Of a stretch of DNA of 64,000 nt, positions 54,200 through 64,000 are shown in pieces (position 1 is the first letter of the stretch; each line of letters starts with the position of its first letter). The notes under the pieces are model-generated. The model saw only the letters and a program-made list of their open reading frames with translations, did no database searches and was not told the origin of the DNA. The stretch is from Lagopus muta (Eukaryota), in contig NC_064433.1 of assembly GCF_023343835.1 (NCBI RefSeq), positions 177,371,076 to 177,435,075 on the forward strand. The letters run 5' to 3'. Position numbers and translations under genes: made by a program.

Positions 54200-56487
54200 C
54201 AGTGCCTAAGGTGATTTTTATTGTAGCTGTCTCTTTACCCTTTGTCCACCAAAACTTCTCCCTTAGCAACGGATAAAAAGGATGTAGTAAAATCATACAG
54301 AAGCCAGCATTGAACATTTTTCATATCTCTTCAGTAGGAACCTAAAACTTGAATCACCGTCAGAAGAGGAAGATGGCTGCAAAATCCATCCCTCAGTAAC
54401 AGTGTTATGAATGCAGGTTTTCTTCCTCTTTCCTGTAAGACTCCCTTCTGCACCTTGAGCTTGTCAAGACAGGAAGAAGTATTAAACACAACAACAGCCC
54501 TAACAAACTAACACCACCCACCACCCTCAGTACCACCTCTGACAACTTACTTGCTATGTCAACCCTTGGAACAACATTTTGGTTAGACTGTACAGCAGTT
54601 CTGCACTGCTTTGAGATAATTACCCAGACACCTCTTCAGAACCTTTTTGGGCCCACCTGCACAGTCCTTCAGTGCCCCCTCCCAGAGGCACACTGTACAC
54701 ATGCACTCCTAAGCACACAATGCAGGGACAGCCAAGGAAACAGTAACCACAGGAAAGCTGTCACTCCACCCTAAGGAAATGCTGAAGAACATCTCCTATC
54801 CACATTCATCTTCAGTGACCATTTCCTAATACCTACACTTTGAAATTCAGAAGAAAACCAGCAGCTGCTGGTAGGGACGGTCCTGATTCTCAGCCAGTGC
54901 TTTCTGTGCACTGCAGTGTTTATGCATAGGAGAGGGAGGTATCGCAGGTTTCAGAGAGATAAAAATCTATTCTAAATTCAGACTTGTTAACACATCCATC
55001 AATCTGCTTGATTGACTACCTTGAATGACACCAGAAATGAGTATATCATGGTGCTGGTGTAGTTTTACACAGAAAATGTAACGTTCCACAGAACTGAGAT
55101 AGATGATAGTGTGCTTCGTTACTAAGATTTGGCATCTCTTCGTATCAAAGTTTTAAACTTTCAAGAACCAGAACTTAAAAGTGGTAAGCTGAAAGTTTTA
55201 ATATAAAGTCACAGTTCTTAAAAGGGTACAACTGAGTGCTCACCATCAAAATGGTGCAAATACATTATTTATCCCCAATAGTTTCTTAAGCAATATAGGC
55301 ACATAGTGTCATGTAAACTACTTGTGGCAACCAGAACAGCAAAGGCACAATCTTTCTTTCCTTCACTTTTCAAGATGTTGTTTAATTTACAAAGAAAAAT
55401 ACTTCAGGCAGAAGTATTACATTTGTATGTTACAGCACAGAACCATTGCAGAACTGCTGTCATCTGATAAAATGGTCACTTACTTAGAGAAATAAAAAGA
55501 TAGATAGCAGCTCTTTGCACACAGGATCTGAGTTCTGAATGAGGGCAGCACCTGTTCTCAGCAGTCAGGATGAGAACATCTGAACTCCTCTGTACCTTTT
55601 AGCCACCTAGGAAAGCATTGCCCACAGTTAAGGTAGCAGTTAACACATCTTCTGGTTTGCTAGTTCCAGCTATTTGTTTTCTCACATGCCACTTGACTAA
55701 CAACTCCAAAGTTAAGATGCCTGTATAACTATCAGTTGCTTCTCTAACACAAGATTAGTTTTAAAGCACTGATGTAACTAGGAATCCAACCACAGTGCTC
55801 TACTCATTGAGCCTATCTGGACGTCCCTGTTCACTCCTGCAGACCTAACTGTCTGTTCAAAGGGAATCACGCAGGGCTTTCACACAGGCAATTGCTCCTG
55901 CTCTCCCACCAGGAAGCAACTGCAGGAAGAGTTTCAAACCAGAATGTGATCCCCAGCAGTTCATGCTTAAGTGATGCAGTGGCTTTCAGGTGTAATTCCT
56001 GCCCACTGCTCTGAGAATACAACAGTCCTGCATTTTACACTGAAACATTTCAGTTATTTGAGTAAGTAGAAAATTGTAGTTTACAAATGAAAAAGATCCT
56101 TCTATTTAAAAAAAAACAAGACATTTCATTTAGTTACCTTAAATAGTTCTTGTGTGCACCATTCCACATTGTGGAAAAGCTGAAATATGCAGTCTGGACT
56201 CAACAAGTCAGAAAGACAGAATTGTATGTATTGGCACAAATACTTACATCTATGTCTGTACAAATCAAAAAAGAGCTGACCACCCTGTCCCAACCAGCAC
56301 AGTGTATTCAGCTGCTCTCCAACACGTACTTTCCTGTATGACTGCCAACAAACAACATGAAGATGGGAACTTGGGACTAAGAGTGTGGTGCCAAAAAGTT
56401 CCAAACTGCTTTGTCAGTCTCTGAACAGAGGACTCAGAAGTATATCCCAGAGGTGTCAGGCCGCTCAACAGGCTTGCAACTGTGAGG
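54200..56487 (-). other. MPHOSPH8: MPHOSPH8 3' UTR (extent uncertain)
   Basis: This is non-coding sequence downstream of the stop codon on the minus strand. Candidate minus-strand polyadenylation hexamers are ATTAAA (tttaat on +, ~55381-55386) and AATAAA (tttatt on +, 54217-54222). The true end cannot be fixed without transcript data. Confidence 0.35.
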
Positions 56488-56529
56488 TCACTGCAGCTGT
56501 ACTCTGTATGCTCCTATTAGCAGCTTCAC
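56488..56529 (-). CDS. MPHOSPH8: MPHOSPH8 terminal coding exon VKLLIGAYRVQLQ*
   Basis: The acceptor is ttgcttttacag|GTG. The stop codon TGA is at + strand 56488-56490 (tca on +). The sequence matches the MPP8 C-terminus KLLIGAYRVQLQ. Confidence 0.85.
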   Translation of the reverse strand: MKLLIGAYRVQLQ

Positions 56530-56624
56530 CTGTAAAAGCAAACACAGGTTTGAATGAAGATGGGAGCATCCAACAAACCACATGGCATGTTTAACTGCAA
56601 GCACACAGATTACAGGAGGTACAG

Positions 56625-56795
56625 CACAGATCACAGAATCATAGAATGGTCTGCGTGAAAAGGACCCCAATGATCATCGAGTTTCAACCCCCTGCTACAT
56701 GCAGGGTCACCAACCACCAGACCAGGCTGCCCAGAGCCACATCCAGCCTGGCCTTAAATGCCTCCAGGGATGGGGCATCAGATCAGAGTACACAA
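56625..56795 (-). mobile_element. CR1 LINE 3' tail inside the last MPHOSPH8 intron
   Basis: The sequence cacagaatcatagaatggtctgcgtgaaaaggaccccaatgatcatcgagtttcaaccccctgctacatgcagggtcaccaaccaccagaccaggctgcccagagccacatccagcctggcc is the reverse complement of the canonical CR1 3' end including the octamers. Confidence 0.85.
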
Positions 56796-56812
56796 GTGAA
56801 AGCATTTTGTAC

Positions 56813-56896
56813 CTTGGCTGTAGGAGCTTCTGCTAGCCGGATAAAAAGCTTGTTAAGGCCTGCAGTTGGGCTGAAGGAATAAATAAAGTGACTGTC
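56813..56896 (-). CDS. MPHOSPH8: MPHOSPH8 coding exon DSHFIYSFSPTAGLNKLFIRLAEAPTAK (28 codons)
   Basis: The acceptor is caattctcttttag|GAC and the donor is GCCAAG|gtacaa. The exon runs phase 0 to phase 0 and matches the recalled human DSHFVYSFSPVAGPNKLFIRLTEAPSAK. Confidence 0.8.
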
Positions 56897-57452
56897 CTAA
56901 AAGAGAATTGATAAAGTTAATGGCAGGATATGGTCCAAAGTGCCGTGTGAGTCAAAGAATATGACAAACTACAGTTGCTTTTGGGCAAATTTAAATAAAT
57001 ATATATTTTATATAAATTTAAATACATATATATATTTAAAAGTTGTGTACATTGCAGAGAACTTTTAGTGCAATCTGAATCACAGAGAAAACAAGAGGAC
57101 TTCAGTGTGTGGACAGTGATACATTTAATAGAAAAAAACAATAAATTTACATGACTCATAAATGAGAAAGGTCATTGAAATGATTACACTAAAGAATTTG
57201 TGTTAAAAGGCAGAGAAGCAAGGTGAGCTGGGGAAAGGATACTCCTTCAGGTGCTGAATTCTCACCTCTCTGCCCAAAGCCTCAGCTCTGGCATCACACA
57301 GTCACAGGATAGCAAGGCCCTCTGTCTCCCCCTGGCCCAACCTGGGCTCCAGCATAGACACACAGAGCAGGGGGCCCACAGCTGCAGCCCTGCCTTTTAT
57401 TTAACTCTATGGAATCTACTGCCTACAGGCTGTGCACTCCTCTCCATGTAAA

Positions 57453-57470
57453 ATATATATATATATATAT
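57453..57470. repeat. (AT)9 dinucleotide microsatellite
   Basis: The sequence is atatatatatatatatat. It lies in the MPHOSPH8 intron between exons 57601-57728 and 56813-56896. Confidence 0.85.
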
Positions 57471-57600
57471 TAAGTTTCATTTCAAAATTAAAAGACACCA
57501 CTGTAGTACTCAAAATCCAACTCTAACATCTGGCTCTAATATCTGCCAGGCTGTTCTGCAGACAGTTTTACAGCCAATTAGTCACATGAAAAATACTTAC

Positions 57601-57728
57601 CAAAAATACAGGGAGCTGGAATTTGTCATTTAAAACCACAGCTTGTACACTGCATGGTCCACAGAGCCGAGCAACGACTTCTTTACCGAAGAAATTTGCA
57701 TGGAAAATAAAGAGAAGAATTCCAGATC
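57601..57728 (-). CDS. MPHOSPH8: MPHOSPH8 coding exon (G)SGILLFIFHANFFGKEVVARLCGPCSVQAVVLNDKFQLPVFL
   Basis: The acceptor is ccttcccttctag|GA and the donor is TTTTTG|gtaagt. The junction G|GA = G reproduces the conserved PEGSGILLF motif. Confidence 0.85.
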
Positions 57729-58442
57729 CTAGAAGGGAAGGCAGTTCAGTCACACAAAGCTGAAACGGGATCCATGATTTAGAACAATTGCAAACACCAA
57801 ACTTCTGAATGCAAGCAGCGAGGTACCTTTAGTGTCTGCGTAAATATTAAGCTCCAAAGGAGCATCAAAGCAATATGTAGAAAGAAATCCAATCTCCCAA
57901 GCCAGTGAGCCCAAGCAGAGAACACAACTGAGCTGCTCACAAGGCTGAGGGGTTTTGGCAGCAAAATAAACCTTATGCAGCGATCAGAAAGGAAAGCAAA
58001 ACAGATGCATCTGTAGTTTGGGAACATTGTGTACTTTGGCTTATCTTTTCTCTTGGTGGGGAGTGCTAAGCTCAGTCAAGTATGGGTGTTTATGAACTGC
58101 GCTGAAATTTAGGAAGCAACAGTATTCAATAGGTACAAGTACCCCATTTTAGTATGTAAATTTATATAATGCTTCCTAATTCAGTAAAGTGTATCATAAA
58201 AAAATGAGAAGATGTTTACATCTCTGAATAAACTGAATAAACCAAATAAAAACTGGACAAACACCTCAAAATCCCAGTTTAAGCAGTATTTCACCCACAT
58301 TGCATGAAAATATTACTCCTGCATTCCACAGCCTGAATATAGGGAGCACCATTAATATCACGTACTGTATTACAACATGTCGTGCATTTCATACAGCAGA
58401 TAATTAAAGGGCAGATTCTCAACGCACTATTTTCTATTTTGC

Positions 58443-58464
58443 TTTTTTTTTTTTTTTTTTTTTT
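58443..58464. repeat. poly(T) homopolymer of 22 nt in an MPHOSPH8 intron
   Basis: Read directly from the sequence. It lies about 35 nt from the exon 58501-58655 donor on the gene strand. Confidence 0.9.
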
Positions 58465-58500
58465 AAGTACAGACAAGCAGAACCAACCCAAGATCCCTAC

Positions 58501-58655
58501 CTTCTGGCACGTTCTGTGGGGGTTTATAGTTGAAGTCTGTGGAGAAGTCCGGCCCTTCACAGAGACGGTGACAAGCAATTGGGAAGACTGGCTCCAGCAA
58601 AACAAGGCGAGCTTCAAAATAGTCCCTGATGGTATCTTCTGCTACTCTTGAGAGT
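58501..58655 (-). CDS. MPHOSPH8: MPHOSPH8 coding exon (T)LSRVAEDTIRDYFEARLVLLEPVFPIACHRLCEGPDFSTDFNYKPPQNVPE(G)
   Basis: The acceptor is gtttcctcatgtag|A and the donor is GAAG|gtaggg. The exon carries the highly conserved MPP8 C-terminal domain sequence. Confidence 0.85.
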
Positions 58656-59120
58656 CTACATGAGGAAACAAGCGAGGCCTGTACTTCACACAGAACCATT
58701 ACTTCAGCAGACAGTCTTGAACAGAGATTACACAAAGAACGATTCCGGATCTCCTTTCTGCATTCCCAGTTGTCAGAACTTTATCACCTACATTTATGCA
58801 CAGATGAGCCCCAGGTCCAGACATTTTGTTAATAAAACATTTTCTCAGAGACCTGTTTGTGAAATTCCATCTGTCAGACCTCAGCGTTTTACTTTTGTGG
58901 ACAAGGACACTACAGCAGACACCAGAAGTCTCAGTAACCACATACTTCCTTATGTAGAAAGGTGTTGCTGGAACACCAGTAGGCACTGCTGGCTGAATGG
59001 GAACGGGCGACTGCTTCCCCCCAGTAAAATGACTACAAGTACAGGGTAGAACAAATCACTCTTTTTACTGGTTGTACTATTAGTGTAATGCAATTCCCAA
59101 ATTAAGCTTTATTAAAACCA

Positions 59121-59215
59121 CAGATCAATAAGGTTGGAAAGGACTGCTAAGATCATCTAGTGCAATTGTCAGCCTATCACCACCATGCTCACTAACCACA
59201 TCCCTAAAAAAAGCA
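59121..59215 (-). mobile_element. CR1 LINE 3' tail fragment in an MPHOSPH8 intron
   Basis: The sequence caataaggttggaaaggactgctaagatcatctagtgcaattgtcagcctatcaccaccatgctcactaa belongs to the same family as the fragments at 17568 and 26241. Confidence 0.6.
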
Positions 59216-59933
59216 ACAGTTCCATCATTCAGATAGTTTGGGATGTGGAGGCTATTTGGCAGGGTAGGGGGGCTGCCTGTACAAGCAGCCGACATTTCAC
59301 TGGGAAAGTTATACGTTCAAGATCTTACAAAACACATTTGGTGGCAGATTTTAAATAGCAGATGAACTGGAGAAAGCATCAAACAGTGAATGAAAGAAAG
59401 ATTAAGTTCACTGAACAGCACGTGCCAAACTTTATCTGCATACTTCCTGTTGCCTTCAAAAACCTAACTGAACACGTCTTACAGTTGGTGTTACAGCTAC
59501 AAAGATAATCGTGGTGAAAATGGGAAAAGAAACAAACAGGGAAGGAACGCTCAGCCGTATCCACAGATCTAGGTTTGTAGGAAAGACCCCACAGAGGAGG
59601 GATCTGCAGAAAGAGACCCTTCCCCAGTGGCAGTCAGCCCTTAAACGGGGTATAGGAGAGGTGCAGCCAGGCTCCACCGCTTCCTTCACCTGTGCTCCCA
59701 TGGCTGACCCGCTCCTTTCCTCCAGTCATCAATCAGTGGTTCAGGCCGTGACTCAACAGCTCCCATACAACATACCGTGATTTCCTTCTTAGAAGGTAGG
59801 GAAGAACTGGCATACTCCATACTTTCCATACTTTCTCCCCCAAACCTCTCCCCTTCCCCAGCTTAACCCAAGATGATTACACACAGTTAATTCACACTTC
59901 CCCAGGCCAAACTTCCAAGTAGAGTTTACTCAC

Positions 59934-60088
59934 GTTTCCAAATGACTCTTGAGCTGCTCGTACACCAGGACATTGTTAGACTGCTTAGCAAAATGCAGTG
60001 CACTGTTCTGATGCTTTGACAAGATGTTACAGTCCGCTCCGCTTTCAATCATAAGTCGCACAATGTCCGAATTTCCTCTTTTACATGC
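59934..60088 (-). CDS. MPHOSPH8: MPHOSPH8 ankyrin-repeat exon ACKRGNSDIVRLMIESGADCNILSKHQNSALHFAKQSNNVLVYEQLKSHLE(T)
   Basis: The acceptor is cccttgttgcttggcacag|GCA and the donor is GAAAC|gtgagt. The end phase (two bases) joins the next exon (AC|A = T). Confidence 0.85.
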
Positions 60089-61811
60089 CTGTGCCAAGCA
60101 ACAAGGGAGAATGGACAACACCACAAATCCCATTAAAGAAGAGCACGACACTGAAGAAAGCAGAACTGCAGAAACACACTTCAATCCAAAGTTCAGTTAC
60201 AACTCAGAAAACAAGTGTAAGCAATCGCCAGGTGAATGCTAACAAATCACAATGCACCTGATCCCACAGAAGCAACACTGGGGTGACCAAATGGACTTAG
60301 TTTAAAAGAAAACTGAGTTCTTTGGAAAGATCTAATCTGCAAGATTACACTACCTATAAGCTGGTCTGAATAAATGGATTTCTGTAGAAGCATTCAGAAT
60401 GACTGAAGGAACACTTCCAAGTGTCTGTTTCTAGGAATTTCAGTTTAAATGTTACTTCAGAAAAGGAATGGAATTTGCCTCACATTGTCACTTTGTTAGG
60501 CAGTCACTGTAACAACTGCACGCATGCCCAAAGCTGTCAGCATTACCTACAGCAAGAATGCCCAGGTGTTTAGGTGAACACTTGAAAAAGGCACTGGAAA
60601 ATCTACAGAAAGCTTTGTTTTGAAGAATGCAAGCATGCTCTTTACTGCTTTCCAAGTACCTCAATACAGAATATCCTTATTAAGCCTTTCCGAAGTCATC
60701 AACTGCCATTTGTTTGAGACCTGAACTTTCATATGCACTCTTTCAATCCATAATCTTCCATCAACAAACAAAACCAAAACCAACATTCGCCCTTAGCAGA
60801 TAAAACAAGAAGAAAAAAAGAGGAACTGCTGAGACTTTTCCCCCTCTTTTTAGAGGTAAGAACCAACTCCTACAGTTAAGTAAGAGTGTCCTGATAAATG
60901 CAATGGTATGTTTATTGAGACACAGCTAAACCTGTTCTAGTAACTTACTGGAAACGAAGATGCTACTCTTCATATCTGCATGGCAAAACAAATAAGTGCA
61001 GTAAGGCTCCATGGGCTCCAATTAGAGGGCATCAAACACTAAGAAAATACCCTTGAAAAACTATGAAGGTCAAAACTGAGGTTCATGGAGGTGGTCAACT
61101 AATGGAGAGATTTTGGACGTCAGTGACAGAGGAAACCACAAGTGCGTCACTGTTTTCTGACAGAAGACGTGAATTCCCTCAGCCTTGGGCAGGTTAACAG
61201 AGAAGTAACACCACAACGTCTGGAACAGAAGAGTTCTTGGAATCTCTGCTGTAATCAAACCGCCTTAAACAGCCTTCAAAAAACACAGCAAGTTCGCCAG
61301 GAACACCAAACTTTGGCGGAATTAATGGATATAAACCAGAAACCTATTAAGAAGGGCACAGACTGCTTTAAGGGTCTTAGAATTTTCCCATTACAATAAA
61401 ATAAAAAGCAACCATGACAACCAACCAACCGACAATGACAGAACACCATTCTCCTGCGAAGACAGAGGCCAATCACAGTATATTCCAGTGGGTTTTGTCT
61501 GCAGTTTTTATTTTCCTGCTGACAGACATTATTTCACTTTCAGGACCATCTCCACATTTCTTTGACCCAAGCAGCAGAAGAAACCAAACCACACTTAACC
61601 CTGCATTGCACTGTTGAGATACAACAGTAAGTTAGAAAAAAACAAACTACTGGAACACTGCCTCATGTAAGTGAGAGCAGTACTTGTATTTCAAATGCAG
61701 TACATCTCCCAGCTAAATCAATTCTGAAAATAAACTTCTGTCTTCTGTACACTATTAATAATCAACATCACTGGCAAACTAAATCACATGAGGATAAATA
61801 ACTGAGTTTAC

Positions 61812-61898
61812 CTTCATTAACGCAGTTTCACCGCTGCTCTGCTGCATGTTCACAAATGCTCCAGCCTCCAGAAGAATAGCTACTGTTGTTAGAAAATT
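61812..61898 (-). CDS. MPHOSPH8: MPHOSPH8 ankyrin-repeat exon NFLTTVAILLEAGAFVNMQQSSGETALMK
   Basis: The acceptor is ttttttcttaaag|AAT and the donor is ATGAAG|gtaaac. The exon completes the AAEK-NFLTTVAILLEAGA ankyrin helix pair. Confidence 0.85.
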
Positions 61899-62678
61899 CT
61901 TTAAGAAAAAAAAACCAGCAAACAAAACCACAAGATAAGTAGGTATAACATATTTAGTTTTCATTTTAAAATACAAGCACAATGCATGTCAGAATTGATG
62001 CTGTTCTCTTTCATTGCTCATAAAGATCAATTCAGACTGGGGCAAAAGCCACATGCATTTACAATTCTTACTTTTTACTTAACCTTGTAATAACAACACC
62101 CCAGGGGAAAAGACCCAAACCCAAACAGTATGTCTGCATTAATCGCCAAACAGGAATCAAGTTCCCTTTTGGCCACAAAGCTCCTCTACCTGGGAAAGTA
62201 AGTGAACTGACTTGAAACCACCAAACATCCTTTAACGTAACAGTCAAGTCAAGCCGGCCTTAGACTGAGCAGAGTGTCCCTACCTCTATTCCCCTGCTCT
62301 CAATTAGCAAACTCTGCTTAATCAGAGATTTGGTCTCCAAGTTTCACAAGTCTGGATCCTGCCTATCCAAAGAAAACAAGCAATTCTACTGCAAGAACTT
62401 CAGCCCCATGAAAGAGAAATTTAGAGATAGCCCTTGCATCAGCTTTCCTTCCAAGTTGCCCTGTGACATTCCCTACATAGACAGGCTTTACTATCACCTA
62501 CAGAATTTATTTAGCCTACAGTAACCACAGGCACCAATGCTATGCAGAGATGGTCATCATCCTGCTGTATCCTGCTAATTATTTAAGGATTGCCCACGGG
62601 AGGTGGAAAAAACAGGATACCACTTTTAATTTAAACAAAAGAGTCAAGAACTACAAATACGACAGTGACCGAGCCAAC

Positions 62679-62819
62679 CTTTTCAGCTGCGTGTATCAGT
62701 GCAGTTGTTCCATTTTTCTGCCTGCCATTAACTTTAGCTCCCTTCCTGATTAGGACCCGGAGGAGATCGTCATGCCCACCAGCAGCAGCAAGCATTACTA
62801 GAGTCATTCCACTGGAATC
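62679..62819 (-). CDS. MPHOSPH8: MPHOSPH8 ankyrin-repeat exon DSSGMTLVMLAAAGGHDDLLRVLIRKGAKVNGRQKNGTTALIHAAEK
   Basis: The acceptor is gatgttgttgcag|GAT and the donor is GAAAAG|gttggc. The exon runs phase 0 to phase 0. It carries the canonical ANK consensus (G-T-L--AA--GH---V--L---GA-VN). Confidence 0.85.
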
Positions 62820-63561
62820 CTGCAACAACATCAATCATCACCATAAAAATCGAATATCTGAAGACAGATCACAGCTGCAAAGAATGCAAACACAGCAACA
62901 GGTTTCACAAGATTCTCCTCCCCTCTTCACACACGCACAGCTGCCAGACACTGACAAACTGTCATCACCACAGACTCCTCTCACTCACAAACATCACACT
63001 GAGCTCCAGAAATACAAAGGAAATCAGAATGAGCCAGAATAAGAGGCAGCAAGGTATGCGGCAGCAGGGAAAAGAGCGAGACAGTGGAGAAAGAAACTGG
63101 CAAGTGCTGGAGAAAAAGCCCAAGGGCCCGAGCCAGCTGCTAGCACAGCACTGCTTTTGGATTAAACCTGAGTGAAAATATGAAGAGATTTCTGTGAGCA
63201 GCCACTCTCCCCTCACTCGCTTTTACATTTCCACCACACACTACAATTCAAAAAGCACATGCTTGCCTCAACACTTCACTCAGCATCTTCTGTTCTACCA
63301 TGCAATAGAAGTTCTAGCATGATGAACAGTCCTTAAAATCTTCAATTCTCAAAAATGGGCAAATTTGGTGCAAGGTGCTTCTATGAAAATTCACTTCTTT
63401 CGAGGAAATAGGGAACAAATACTGATGCCTTTTCTTTTGTGCTCCTCTTTCACCCACTGTGCTTTCTGCATTAAATCTGCTACTGGTCAGCAAGAGAGAA
63501 CTTCTCAAACAGTCCAAATTTGTACATTCCCCACTCAGTAACTCTATTATGGAAAAGTTAC

Positions 63562-63650
63562 CTCTTGATCCAGATTATATTCCTCGCTTGAAGAAAGTGC
63601 CATCTTTACTGTCATATAATCTCCACTTTTGACAGCATCCCTCAGGAGTG
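63562..63650 (-). CDS. MPHOSPH8: MPHOSPH8 coding exon (T)LLRDAVKSGDYMTVKMALSSSEEYNLDQE, start of the ankyrin domain
   Basis: The acceptor is ttattttctag|CA and the donor is CAAGAG|gtaact. The sequence matches the recalled human MPP8 stretch ...SGDYMTVKMAL..EEYNLDQEDSSGMTL. Confidence 0.8.
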
Positions 63651-63730
63651 CTAGAAAATAAATTTAATGCAGGTGAAGCACATCTCACTTTGAGATGCTG
63701 GAAAGTCCAGTCCTCCCAACAACTACTTAC

Positions 63731-63856
63731 TACTGGATACTGGTTCTGCTGAGATGTGATTCTCATCTTCTCCATCGAGATGCTTCTGAAAGTCTTCTAG
63801 TGTTAGCCATTCTAACTGCATATCCATACCCAAACTCAAAACTTGCTGCTTGCCAT
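63731..63856 (-). CDS. MPHOSPH8: MPHOSPH8 coding exon, linker before the ankyrin domain (D)GKQQVLSLGMDMQLEWLTLEDFQKHLDGEDENHISAEPVSS(T)
   Basis: On the minus strand the acceptor is ttttcttttataaatatgatag|AT and the donor is AGTA|gtaagt. The end phase (one base) joins the next exon (A|CA = T), and the coding sequence continues in frame. The acceptor position is less certain than the donor. Confidence 0.6.
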
Positions 63857-64000
63857 CTATCATATTTATAAAAGAAAACAATAAAATAAGTAACAACTTA
63901 CAAATTATGAAATCATTCACCATTACTTCAGCAGTCAGCAGCACAACATACTATTTTTCATTCAAACAGACTTTGGAACCCAACATGAAATGATTCCAAA

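Noticed and set aside
57240-57420. Candidate extra MPHOSPH8 exon starting at a cag|TAGATTCC-like acceptor
   Set aside because: Translation gives an unconserved product with an internal stop codon. The genuine conserved 28-codon exon was found instead at 56813-56896.
62665-63042. 125-aa + strand ORF, together with the + strand ORFs at 58648-59049, 60024-60242 and 61142-61399
   Set aside because: These lie antisense to or between verified MPHOSPH8 exons and are low-complexity. They are antisense or intronic artefacts of the minus-strand gene.

Overview
This window is vertebrate nuclear DNA, most consistent with a bird (galliform-like) or other sauropsid, because it is scattered with CR1 (chicken-repeat-1) LINE tails carrying the diagnostic (ATTCTRTG)n octamer end. 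Nothing in it is prokaryotic-style: the longest ORF in the six-frame track is 169 aa, and all real coding sequence is in short exons with canonical AG/GT splice sites. The window holds the 3' portions of two convergently transcribed genes. (1) PSPC1 (paraspeckle component 1) lies on the + strand. Its last six coding exons sit at 883-1079, 4997-5081, 6570-6678, 24018-24075, 28068-28237 and 31417-31602, ending ...[12 protein letters not shown], with an AATAAA at 31865-31870. (2) MPHOSPH8 (MPP8) lies on the - strand. Its last nine coding exons sit between 63856 and 56488 and encode the pre-ankyrin linker, four ankyrin repeats and the conserved C-terminal domain, ending ...VKLLIGAYRVQLQ*. Both identifications rest on recalled human orthologue protein sequence and on reading frames that stay open across every inferred splice junction. 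Between the two gene ends lies a spacer of about 24 kb (31.9-56.4 kb) that is AT-rich and CpG-poor. I found no recognisable protein-coding exon in it, only CR1 fragments. Introns carry many CR1 3' tails, long poly-T tracts and small microsatellites. No CpG island or promoter is visible, which fits both 5' ends lying outside the window. I found no evidence of a novel system: this looks like an ordinary conserved gene-pair locus. The most check-worthy items are the expanded tail-to-tail spacer, the CR1 tails that abut splice sites, and a possible short PSPC1 isoform produced by read-through after exon 6570-6678.
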